Of a stretch of 64,000 nt of DNA, positions 52,229 to 64,000 are shown piece by piece (within the stretch, counting starts at the first letter, position 1; every line of letters starts with the position of its first letter). The notes beneath the pieces are model-generated. The model had not been told where the DNA came from, searched no databases, and was given only the letters and a program-made list of their open reading frames with translations. The position numbers and the translations under genes were made by a program. This DNA comes from Chiloscyllium plagiosum. Taxonomy: Eukaryota. The stretch is from the NCBI RefSeq assembly GCF_004010195.1, contig NC_057746.1, positions 27,476,374 to 27,540,373 of the forward strand, given 5' to 3'.

Positions 52229-53466
52229 GCGAAATGATAAAACAACACTGGGGGCTATTTCAATTCTGTCTGACTGTGGCTGATTTTAATTCCCTCGTTG
52301 TGTAAGGAGGGTTCTGAGGATTATTGCATCTTGTGAGTTGCTTGGTCAGAGTGAAGCCAACAACATTCTTTGTAGCTCAGATAGAAGGGGAAAATAAAGT
52401 TCAACTATAATAACAATGGCAAGAAATAACAAAAAAACCTGGAAGTTTACAAATATACAGGTGTTTATGCAACATTTGTAGAACGAGAACAGTCAATGCT
52501 GTTCGATGACCTTTCTCGTGAAATCCTAATTCTGATAAAAGGACTCCAATTAGAAATGTTAGATCATTTCTGTCTCTATATATGCTGGCAAATTCACTGG
52601 GTTTTTCTAGCAATTCTGGTTACTTCACATTTCCAGCAGAGAAAGTGTTTTAGCTTTGTCTTTTAATTAATCAATTGCTTCGCCAGAATCTCTGTGTGTA
52701 ATGTCTAAAAGAATTGCAGCAAATCACGAGAGGCCTTTAAACATTTCAAATTAAAGTTAAATGCTCAGATCATGGTAATTACTTCAGGTTATACTGATCA
52801 ATTATCAGTTAACTGTATGGACCGTCGGATCTGGGATGTATTCCTAGTTACTACTCTGGTAATGCTGCTCCTTTAACAAGATTTTGTTGTGATTTTTTTT
52901 CAGAGAGGTTGTGAAAAACGCAACTTCTGAAAAGTCTAAGTTGAGGGGTTTTAGAGCCAATCTGATTAAAGCTAACAGATACTGCTTCAGACAAAAGGCT
53001 TTTAAGTAAAAAAATGCACTTGTACAATGAAAGGAGAGTGGCCAGTTCTCCCAGCTCAGCTTCACTCTGGTTTGGTTTGGTTTCAGCATAGTAGAATTGA
53101 AAAAGCTGCTGGACCCCCAAAGAAAAAGGCTGATTCTCTGCTCCCTCTCTCTGAATTTTCTAAGACCCTGGGTTTAATTTTATCTTTTGTTTCAAGGGAT
53201 GTAGCCACGTATTCAACTGCTCGTTGTCCCTTTTGGTCTCTAGCACGTGGCATGGCTAACAAGCCAGAGGTAATTACTCTGTTTTTTCCAGCTCCACAGA
53301 ATCTCCTATCTGTCCCCCTAACTGTGGAGTTCCTAATGACTAATGTTCCTACACCCCCCCCCCCCCACTCCCTTCCCTTCTGACAAGCTGCATCTCTCCT
53401 TGAATTCCGCTGTACACCTGCTTAAAACAACTAGCAATATTTAGGGTCTTGGCTACTTTCATGAGC

Positions 53467-53718
53467 GGAAAATGTGTTGCTAGAAAAGCGCAGCACGTCA
53501 GGCAGCATCCAAGGAACAGGAGAATCGACGTTTCGGGCATAAGCCCTTCTTCAGGAATGAGGAAAGTGTGTCCAGCAGGTTAAGATAAAAGGTAGGGAGG
53601 AGGGACTTGGGGGAGGTGCTTTGGAAATGCGATAGGTGGAGGGAGGTCAAGGTGAGGGTGATAGGCCGGAGTGGGGTGGGGGCGGAGAGGTCTGGAAGAT
53701 GATTGCAGGTTAGGAAGA
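53467..53718 (-). mobile_element. Penelope-like terminal repeat with intact minimal hammerhead core
   Basis: Minus strand CTGAAGA-A-GGGC-TTAT-GCCC-GAAAC-GTC at 53554-53527, with a pyrimidine-rich segment like 4440-4700. Confidence 0.75.
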
Positions 53719-56039
53719 CGTGAGCGGTCTGGCCTGGTCCATAACACGACAGAGAGTTCTCCAATGCTGAGAAAGCCCCAGGAACAACACAGCGAACAGA
53801 TCTGTGCTGTAAAGAAAGGAACAGAAGGGGACGCTGCAGGACTGAGAACTGACAAAATAGTGAATGAACCGCCGCTCTTCCGGCCAACGTTCAGAAGTTA
53901 CAGTTGACTGGTGGAATAGTTGTCAGTAATTTATATATTTCTCAATCTGGTTCAATCATACAGACATTAGGATTAAGAGTCTGCTCCGCTATTCCATAGC
54001 ATATAGCTGATCAGTTTCCCGCCTTCCCGGACAACCTTTTACTCCTTGCTCATCCAGTATCTACCTACTGCTTCCTTAAAGCTATTCAAAGACTCTTACA
54101 CTGTCTTTGAGGACGATAGATCCAAAGACTAATGGCCTTTTTCGAGCTTGCCACTCAGATGAACTCATGGCCACGTCTTAATGCCATGTTTATCTTCGAT
54201 GTTTATCATCGCGATTTGTTCAGACATTGCTCCAGTCAAGTGCAGTAGGTCGTTTGTGCTGAGTTGGAAACGCTATCCAAATTCAAGCTATCCCTTACAA
54301 TTCTCTCTAAGACTTTGCCCACAACAGAAGTGAGACTCACCGGCCTATAGTTACTAGTACTAGTACTAGTTGTTGTTGAACTAAACCCACATGCCTCGCA
54401 GGTGACCAATCAACTTTCTTCCTAATGTAAGGAACAACAAGTATTAGAGGTTAAAAAAGCAAGACACATTGCCCTGTTGCTAATATTACTGGTAATCCAG
54501 GGGCCCCTCGGTATATAGGATTAAATTCCAGAACAGGTGCCATCCTTACCTGGTCTAGCCTACATGTGACTCCAGAACCACAGCGATGTTGTGGATCCTT
54601 AACTACCCCCTAGACAGTTAGGGATGGGCAATAAATGCTTGCCGGCCTACATTCCATGAGCGAATAAAAATAAATAGTAGAACTTTTTGGATGGGTACAT
54701 GAATAGGAAGGGTTTGGAGGGATATGGGCCGGGTGCTGGCAGGTGGGACTAGATTGGGTTGGGATATCTGGTCAGCATGGACAGGTTGGACCGAAGGGTC
54801 TGTTTCCATGCTGTACATCTCTATGACTCTATGATTCTATAACTTAAAGATAAAGCTAGTCACCATAACGATAATTCTAACAACCTTCATCTGAAACAAT
54901 GCTCTTGGGGAAAGGAAATCTGCTGTTCTTACACGGTCTGGTCAACATGAGGCTCCAGACCCATAGCAGTGCACCTCACTCAGTTCTAGAGTAATTAGTG
55001 TTGTCAACAATTGCTGACATTGTCAGTGATACTCATTTGCCATGAAAGAATAAGGAAGGAAAATGAATTTGTGGGCATATTACATCACATGGAACATTGC
55101 CATTAAAGGTGGAGGGATGACAGTGGAAGTTTCAGTTGATTGTAGTTCATTGATACCACTGACAAATAATTGAAAGATATATGGGATATATCGCGAGAAA
55201 TATTCAAGGGATTGTACTGGTTGTTTTCAAATATAGCTAAACTGGTGGAGGTTTATTAAAATCAGAACATATCTCTAGGAATTTGGCTGCATTTTGTTTA
55301 GCTATTTGTCTGTATGACTTCAATATCTCTCGTTCATCACAACCTAACTTCTGCTGGATTTAACTAACATTTTCCTAATTTTTTTAGAATTCTTTCTTTT
55401 TTCCCCGGAGGTCTCCGAATATATGTAACTCTTTCTCTGTGGGTCATTAGCAGCAGAATGATCTGCAAGTTTATGACTTGGTATATCTTCACCTCTACCA
55501 TTATCATCAAGCTGGGAGATGAACTCAGGTTTAATGAAGACATAAAGGTTCATGCCAAGATCCGTGCCATAAATGCCTAAACAGGGCAGGGGCTTTTGGC
55601 CAACCCAGAAAGACTTTGTCAAACTGGATAAGCCTCAATCAAGGCTTTGTCGAAGTTGGCCAGATTACTTTAGAACGACATCAGTGCAGTAATAATTGGC
55701 ATTAAAGGTGGGGAACATGATGTGAGAGGGATTTTCAATCTGGACTGAGAAGCCATCAACTGCAAAAGATATATATTTAAAAAGTCATCCGCGGGAGGTA
55801 GACATTGCAGGCGGGGCCAGCATGTATTACCAATGCCTGTTGGCGCTTGGGAAAGTGATGGTGAGTTGTTTTCTTATACCTCTACAGTCCATTTGGAGTT
55901 GGCAGCCATACTTTCAATAGTGAGGATGGATCTCTATGATCTCAATCTACGTGACAATGAAGGAAATGTGAAAAACCTGCAAGTGGTGACGCTGCCATCT
56001 ATCTGTTCCCTTTGTTCTTGTAGACGGAAGTAGTCATGT

Positions 56040-57430
56040 GTTCGGGGGTTGTCGAAGGAAACTTGGTAAATTTCCGCCGTGTATCTTGAAAATGAGCATC
56101 AATGGTGGAATGAGAGAATGTTGATGGATGTGGTGTCAGTCAAATGGACTGCTTGTTGTGTCAATCTTCTTGAGTGTTGTTGGAGGTCCATTCGCCGAGG
56201 CAAATGGGGAGTATTCTGTGACACACGAGACTTGTGTCTCGTAGTTAATGGTTAGTCTTTGTTAAGTCAGGAGGTGATTTTCTTGCTGCAACATTGCTGG
56301 GCCTGGCTTGTCATTGTAGCCGCAGTATTGCAATACCATTGAATTAATATCCAAGGAGTTGTGAATTATCAACGAAAATCCTCACTTCTGACCTTCGGAT
56401 GGAGAGAATGTCATTGATATAGCAGCTGAAGATAGCAGGGCTTAGAGCGATTCCTGCAGAGGTAATTGACATGCAACAACCTTCAACTATGGCATCATAA
56501 TTCCAACTAATGAAGTGTTGCCTCCTTTATTCCTATTGAATACAGTTTTGCTAAGTCTCCTTGATGCCATCGGGTCAAATGTAGCCTTACTGAAGGCAAT
56601 CCCTCTTACCACATCTCAATTCTGGATTTAAACTCTTTGTCTCTGATTGAAGCAAAGCCCTAACGAGTTCAGGAGCTGATTAACCCTAGAAGAACACAAA
56701 CTGAGCGGTCGTGAGCCGTTCTGATGAAGGGCCATTGGACTCAAAATGAGAACTCTGTTTTAAATTCATGGATGCTGCGAGACATACTGACTTTCTACAG
56801 AACTCTCTGTTTTCGTTAGTGACAGGTTATTGCTGACTGTTAACATTGTCGATGGCACCTTCCATCACATATGATTGAGAGATGACTGATGCGGTGGTAA
56901 TTGCCTGGGTTCAGTTTGCCCTTGTTTTGTGTTAAGGGTATACCTCGGGAATTTTCCACACTGCCAGGGAGATGCCAGTGTTGAACTGAAACAGCTTGTC
57001 TAGAGCTGGTATATTCTGGAGCACACATTCTCATTACTATTACCGGACTATTGTTCTAGGCCATAGACTTTGTAGTTTGCAGTGCCTCCAACCGTTCCTT
57101 GATATCCTGTGGAGTGTATCCGTTTGGTTGGACACTGGTATCAATGATGCTGGGGTTGAGATCGAAGGGGATTTCTTCATGAATTCTGACCAGAGATTGT
57201 TTGGAATCTTTCTTCAGCCTTATCCTTTGCACTGATGTGGTATGCTCCCACATCATTGACGATGGGGATGTTTGTGGAGCCCTTCACCTCCAACTAGGTA
57301 TTTAAATGGTCCACCTACATTCTCGACTGGATGTGTCAAGATTTCAGACCTGTTGTTTTAGCTCCAGTAATCTCATGCCATTATTCTGTTCCACACACAA
57401 GTCGCCCTATTTGGTAGAGTCACCAGCCTG
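56040..57430 (-). mobile_element. old non-LTR retrotransposon (CR1/L2 clade) RT remnants
   Basis: KGKLNPGNYHRISHLSII and DIKERLEALQTTKSMA (RT N-terminal region); heavily decayed. Confidence 0.6.
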
Positions 57431-58548
57431 ATACCTCACTTTTCAGTTTACTTGCTGCTGATTAATCCTGCTGCAGTCATCATCAAACTCGGACTGATAC
57501 CCTTGCTTACTGACATTGGCAGAGCGGTGGCTATGAGGGGTCATGAAGTTGCAAATTGTGCTCTTCTTAAATTCACGCACCCTAGCAGCTGCTCTTGAAC
57601 TGAATTGTTTGCTACGCCATTTCAGAGGATAGTTCAGAGTCAAACATGCTGCCATGGATCTGTAGTCAAATGTAGGCCACACCAGGGGAGGGTGGCTGAC
57701 TTCCTTTCCTGGAGGACTTCAGGTTTTTCCAAGAATCTGCAATGATTTCATGGTCATCAATAGGTTCAAGATATTTTCAAACTGAATCTGCAGTGAACAT
57801 TAATAGCGCTAATACCAATAGGTCAGCGCCTCCTTAGATACAATTCTGTTTGTAGGTCTTTAAAATCGCCTCCCTTGACCGGATGTTGCACCGTGGTCTG
57901 AACAAGCAGAACCGTGATTGCTCTGCTCCCGCATTTGCTGCCCGCTAAAGCTCGAACTCTGGGTGATTTAAGTGCGTCCGGAGAAAAAGCGCGAAAGGTC
58001 CCATTTTAATATGCAGGCAGGCACATTAATAATGAGAAACTCTGACTTTAATTTATCCACACATCAAAGAAATTCTGAGTGATTAGAAGGTCAACTTGGA
58101 TGTCGCCGTCACTCCTTTCCGTCCATTATGGGATAGTAACGTTTGTTTCACATTAACTTCGGTTCACGAAAAGCACAAACGCTGGAGAAATTGTGAAATA
58201 CTTTATATGGGTTCCCGAGATCTTCCGACCGAATTAAACCCAAACCAGCCGTAGAGTTCCCTTGTGTTTTACTGACATGATAGTAATCCATGCCTGGGGA
58301 GACTTTTTTGTCAAAAAAAAACTGTCGAAAGGAGGACCTCTGATAAACTACCCTGCAGGTTTAAAAAAAATCGTTGTTCGAATGGTTCTGCATAATAGTA
58401 GCACTTAACTTAGCCAATATAATAGATAACGTTTTGACAAGTTGGCCTTACAGCATTAATCTACCTCGTTTTTAGCGACCTCCACTGGACAATGTAGGTC
58501 AATCCTGTTGAGCTGTCAATGACAGAAATCAACCCTCTTGAGAAATTG

Positions 58549-58743
58549 GGGCTGAAAATGTGTTGCTGGAAAAGCGCAGCAGGTCAGGCAGCATCCAGGG
58601 AACAGGAGAATCGACGTTTCGGGCATAAGTCCTTCTTCAGGAAACGTCGATTCTCCTGTTCCCTGGATGCTGCCTGACCTGCTGCGCTTTTCCAGCAACA
58701 CATTTTCAGCTCTGATCTCCAGCATCTGCAGACCTCACTTTCT
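58549..58743. mobile_element. palindromic Penelope-derived mini-element with 15-bp TSD
   Basis: Perfect 70-bp inverted repeat 58551-58620 / 58641-58710. CCTCTTGAGAAATTG occurs at 58534-58548 and 58744-58758. Confidence 0.85.
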
Positions 58744-61700
58744 CCTCTTGAGAAATTGCCAAAGAGCTGAGAGCAGGGGTGTGATGGGGTGGGGTGACAT
58801 CCACAACTCTCAGTCTCAATGCCCCCACCCCGTTCGGAACTATATGAAGTACGAAAAGCGATAAGAGAAAAAAAAATTAAATCAACGAATGGTTACTGTC
58901 TGGAACGTACTAGTTGAGAGTACAGTGGAGGTAATTCAATCGAGGCATTCAAACGGAAAGTGGTTTGCAATCTGGAAAGGGCAAACATGCAGGGTTGCGA
59001 ATGTGCAGAAGGCAGAAGGATGACGCGAAGTGTAATGCTCATTCAGAGAGCTGGTGTATGGGCCAAACGGATTGTCACGCTAGGATGATTCTGTGATGCT
59101 GCATGTTTTCGATCCTATTGTCAGGTTTTAACGTTTATATCTCATTTCAGTTCTTTTCCGAATTATCCTGTGTAACATATGGTTATGTTTGTGCTGCCCC
59201 GGACTGTGAAGTCGGACTACAATATTGTCACGACTCGTGAACGGAGTAAAGGACTCTTGAGGTTCCTTGATAGGTCAAACCTGCCGGCAGATTTTTGTTG
59301 CCCCTTATTGGTTAAAGTAAAGAGGACTCAGTACACCGGAAGTTGACGGCAAAACTAGAATATGCCCAGCGCTTATTAGAATTTTTGTTATCGCTAACTG
59401 GATTGGACTGTCAGGCAACGTACGTGTAGAATCGAATTTAAACAGAAAGATCCCGCGCTAACAACAAGATCCTGCGGGTGTTATCATGCAGAAGGGAGCA
59501 TCAGAAATGTTCTGTAAGGACAGTGCCAGCAACCTCCGTGTATTTTGTCCATGTGATGGTTAGCACTGCCGCAGTCATATTGAAACCCTATTCCATGCAA
59601 ATGTCTACAATGGTGCAGTGGCTGGATAACTGACGCTATAATTAACATTATCCTGCGGTTAAATTGAATTCCTGGTGTTCTGCTAACATTCCGCTAACAC
59701 CGTGTTGTTCTGCACTTCACTTAATAGGAATCTAATGAAGATCCTAATGTCAGCTTCAGTGACAATGTCAGCAGTGGTCAATATCCTTGTAGAAGGCTTG
59801 AGGAGGTGCGCAGGAAACCCAACGAGAGATGTCAACACTGAAGCTGTTAAAGTTTCTTGTCCTCCTTCTCATCTCTCTTCTTTCGTTTCTGACAGATATA
59901 ATTCTACAGGCCTCCTCTGAGCGCGTCAAGTAACAGCGCTCCTGACAATCGCGTCCCAATGGTGATAAGCGTGCGTGAGATTTGGGCAGGCCACTGAACG
60001 CAGACAGATCTTGTCTTCGCCCGGCGACAGCGAATAGAAGTCACACATCGTGATTACTTGGAATTATATCGCCTCACTGGGACAACATCCAGCAATGCCC
60101 TCCTTAAACAGCACAGTGAAACTTCCAACACCACGGGGACCAGAGGAGTTCCAGAGGGCAGTTGGAATTCGTTTTCTATGAATAAATAGATTGGAAATAA
60201 ATGCTGGTCTAGTCAGCAACACTCCACTCATGTGACTGAAAAACTAAGGAATGATGTACAGAAGCGGGGATCTATCTCATTTCCTACAGGTCTCAAGCAA
60301 CTTGTAGTCAAGATTTGAAACCAATTGACATTGGACAAACTCAGCATGTCGAGCAGCACATGTGGAGAGAAAAACAGGGTTAACATTTCGAATTGAATGA
60401 GTCTTCTTCGGAATTGAATACTTAACGAGATACATCGTTAGAAGCTTGAAACTTACGGCCAGATCATGTTTAATGATTCCAGCCACTGGCAAGGACGGAT
60501 TCAGTATTGCTTGAAAGGACATGAACTGATCCTTCTGCAGCAATGAACGCTGAATGATCCAGCTAACTTGCTTCAAGAATTCAGTGTTGGCATTGAAATG
60601 TAACACAATGTTGCCGTCAGCCGCATAGTTTAAATTCCCATGCTGTGCCGAAACAGTTACTTTGAAATCAGGAGGGCATTTATGGTATGTCGAATCAGTT
60701 GACCTCCTCATATGTGTAACATGTTTCAATACGTTAGGAAAACCAGGCTGACAATGAATGGAAAACATTGCAGCAGTATTTTGCTTTAGGATTCATTTTG
60801 CACTGTACAGAACAACTTCAAAATCCTTCCCGGTATTCACAGACAGTACCAGAGGCAGACTGTAAAGTAACTTGTTACTGTCATGTTTCAACATCCCATT
60901 CGCAAAACGGGACAACCTTCAATGTAGTCAATTTTCCTGAAATGACCTTGTATGATAGGACATTTAATATGCGTTAGAACAGCTCATAAAAGCAACCCCG
61001 CCTCAACAATACATTTTTTGATTTCTGTAAACCAGGAACTCTGAAAGTGCGCAGAGGATGTGTTAGTATATCGCCTATAAACCACAGGCCAGTCCATGGG
61101 ACTCAATGTCACCGAGTCAACTAGACCCACGAATCAGTATCTCACATCGAAATAGATTAATTCACGAGAACAGTATTTATGACAGCGAGTTGTTTGAGGA
61201 ATAAGGCAAAAAGGATTAGTCCAATTGAACTGTGCAGTGTGAAAGTTTGGATATCACTACTGGAGTCCATTTTTTGCCCTCTATGCGCCCGGGGTTTGGA
61301 TTCAATAGCACATCCAGGGTAAAAAAAAAGGTCCATTCATGCCGTTCTTGCCAGCACATTTCAACAATAAGCCAACACTTTATCCAGTGCCTACATTTCT
61401 TTCTCCATTTGACCGGCCATACAAAGAGAAGGTTTTACCAACGAACTGTAGATTTGCCCCGGTCACTTCGGGATGACGCATGAAGGGAATAGCAGAGATG
61501 TAGGCATGAGAAGTGTAAATTAATAGATGAACGCATGCGCAATTAAATTTGGGGAGAAATAACAAGGGGCGTGTGCGTGCATCCAAGGAGAACTTATAGA
61601 GAAAACATTTCTGTCTGAACCAAGAAATCTGGAGCTTCGAATGTAGAATTATTTTACAATAGACAATAGGTGCAGGAGTAGGCCATTCTGCCCTTCGAGC

Positions 61701-63476
61701 CTGCACCACCAATTCTATAGAACTCTAATAAAGATCAACAGCACTTTAGGTTTTAGCAATATGGTATAATAACACAAGAACAATCTGTGGGGTAGTTGGT
61801 GACACAGATTGGATTGGTGCTCAGCCATCCATAACGTGTTATAGAAAATATATCGAAAAGGAGGTGAAGGATCAGCCTGGATGCATAGCTTGAGCTAGGA
61901 TTCATAAATTACACGAACTATTTGTATTAAACCAAAGACTGTTCATGAGACTTAATAACGTTTACTTTCCACATGATGGATTTGCAAGTTTGAATAACGA
62001 AGATTACTTAAACCGTCTGCAGCTTCGGTGTCTCGGCCGTTCAAAGGCGCATTCTTCGGATGTTGACAGAAATGCCCTGACTAAGAAAATTGTGCAATGA
62101 ATGGATCCATTTCCATAATGTATGTTATATGCGTGTTTCAGACAAGGGAGAACTGGGTAGAGTCTGAAGAGCGTGAAGATATAAGGCTACTAAGTGGCGG
62201 CTGTAAGAATAGATTCCTGCAATGTGCCCTCACAATCAGGACTATGGCTTCTCTGCGCACTATTGTGTAGGAGGTTTCAAACCATTGACGCTTCTTTCAT
62301 TAACGTAACAAATTGAAATTTTAGTTCTGCAGGAGAAGAAGCGGCGATTGTTCTCCCTCCAGCAGAGACAGGTGCGGGGAAATTTAATATGACTGTCAAA
62401 AGCATGAAGCACTCTGCTCTAATAAAGAGCGAGAAACACTTCCCACTCGGGCAATAATCGCGTACTGGCCGACACCGATTAAAGGTATTTGAAGCAGCGT
62501 CGGTGATGAAGTTGTTACTGTTTTAAAATTGCGCAGCGAGTTACCACGGTCTGGAACGCTGTGCCTGTAACGAGGATGGAAACAAAGTTCACAATAAAGT
62601 ACCTAAAAGGGAATTGTGAAACGCTTTGGAGACTGAGGGGGACACGGCGGAGGGAAGGCAGGCAGATTGGTTCGAGAAGACGAAGTAGGAACTGTTTCAA
62701 GCATCCAGTACGGTCAAGCCGGACCGAATGGCCTCCTTTTGCGGCCACGAAGATGATGAAAAAGTATAGCTTGGCGCTCTATGACAGTTCAATGATGGAC
62801 GTTTTGATGAACATTCAGAAGCGACGCAATTCGTTCCTGTGAGTGTAAGGAGACGGAAAGGATGCACGGTTTGAAATGAGTGGTCTGCTGGGAAGGGAGA
62901 GAGGGCGAGTGAAATTGGGGAGTGTAAAGGTGGGGAGAGCAGTCTTGTTTTTCACCGAAGCTGAATACAGTAGATACTGGACATGACAATCCTGAGGTTG
63001 AGCGGGATGGGGATAGTAACTGTCAATCCTTGCACTACCCTCCAACCCCACCTATTTCCGTCCACAATCCATCGCCGGTTCCACTCTTTAGTGGACAGCG
63101 AATCAGAAACCTAACGTGCATAAGCGATGGAAATAATGAAACCGAGTATTCCACTCCGCTATATAACGCGTGGATTTACCGCTCCGCCCCGGATGCATTG
63201 GGCTTGGAGAGATTATGTTCCATTTCCATGTATGGGCGGAACGAAAGTCGCCGGTAGGTTAAACTATACCAGCTACTGCTTTATTCCACCCACACAGGGA
63301 GGAAATCGCGCGATGATGTACAATTATTTTCCCTGACAATCAATCTGAATGACACACGCCTCAATTCCCTCCTCAACGGCTGTTACTTCAGATACCGCCG
63401 TGGGCCGCAGCGGATGTGCTACTGTGGTGGTTGAAGAAATCGTAAAGTTATAAAGCTGGACACTCCGGCGTTCAGC

Positions 63477-63896
63477 ATGGCTTCAGGCCACACCACCCTG
63501 AACCTGGAAGATGAACTAAACTGTCCCCTTTGCCTCCAGCTCTACGCAGATCCGGTCATACTGGACTGCGGGCACGACTTCTGCCGGCACTGTATTACGA
63601 AATACTGGGAGAAGGAGAATCGAACTGCCTGCCCCGAGTGCGGCCAGGTCTTCCCGGACAGAAGCCTGAAGGCGAATCGCGCGCTGGGAAAACTGGTTAA
63701 AAAGAGCCGGAATCATTCCCTGAATCTCAAACTCAAGGACAACAAACCGTATTGCATCGAACACGAGGAGGAGCTGAAATTGTTTTGTGAAACGGACAAG
63801 AAGCTGATCTGTGTGATGTGTCTGGACAGGAGAGACGGAAGAAGCCATAAAACCCACAACTTCATGTTGATCAACGAAGCGGTGGAGATTTACAAG
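63477..63896 (+). CDS. second TRIM gene, exon 1 (RING + B-box); gene continues beyond window
   Basis: CPLCLQLYADPVILDCGHDFCRHCI..CPEC; CIEHEEELKLFCETDKKLICVMC..HKTH; donor AAG|GTAAGG at the same position as in the first TRIM. Confidence 0.92.
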
Positions 63897-64000
63897 GTAA
63901 GGGAGTAAATGGAAAGCTTTGGGGCTTGGAATATTGCGTGAAATTCTGGTCTCTTTCCTATCGGACTGATGTTGTGAAACTTGAAAGGGTTCAGAAAAGA

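Noticed and set aside
55100-55700. ORF 55344-55622 and a downstream J-domain-like phrase (EREILKSYRQIAK)
   Set aside because: No HPD motif, broken frames and no clear splice sites.
57790-60100. Several short coding-like frames on both strands in CpG-rich DNA
   Set aside because: Frequent stops and no identifiable family, so reported only as part of the CpG domain.
61740-62320. Plus-strand frame of ~120 codons with two TGA stops
   Set aside because: Within chance expectation over six frames and no recognisable domain.
63449-63454. TATAAA upstream of second TRIM
   Set aside because: Only ~28 nt before the ATG, which would leave essentially no 5'UTR.

Overview
Vertebrate nuclear DNA, almost certainly from a shark. 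This is an inference from the HE1-type SINEs, HER1/CR1 LINEs, abundant Penelope-derived elements and shark-style TRIM exon structure. Recognisable genes: (1) an intact FKBPL with an intronless CDS (13001-13930, +), probably driven from a CpG island at ~6.9-7.7 kb; (2) a complete six-exon RING/B-box/coiled-coil/PRY-SPRY (B30.2) TRIM gene (33539->25500, -) with ISRE motifs just upstream; (3) the first coding exon of a second TRIM (63477-63896, +, cut by the window end); (4) three decayed B30.2 fragments. FKBPL beside a B30.2-TRIM cluster suggests an MHC-linked locus. Most other sequence is decayed retroelements (CR1, Penelope with hammerhead-ribozyme cores, Gypsy fossil, solo LTRs, SINEs). No tRNA, rRNA or CRISPR array was seen. 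I found no convincing wholly new system. The best leads are a shifted splice acceptor in the TRIM gene, a permuted FKBPL fragment, HHR-bearing mini-elements with target-site duplications, and an unexplained CpG-rich domain with a decayed ORF at 57.8-64 kb. Coordinates were read by eye, so repeat boundaries are approximate.
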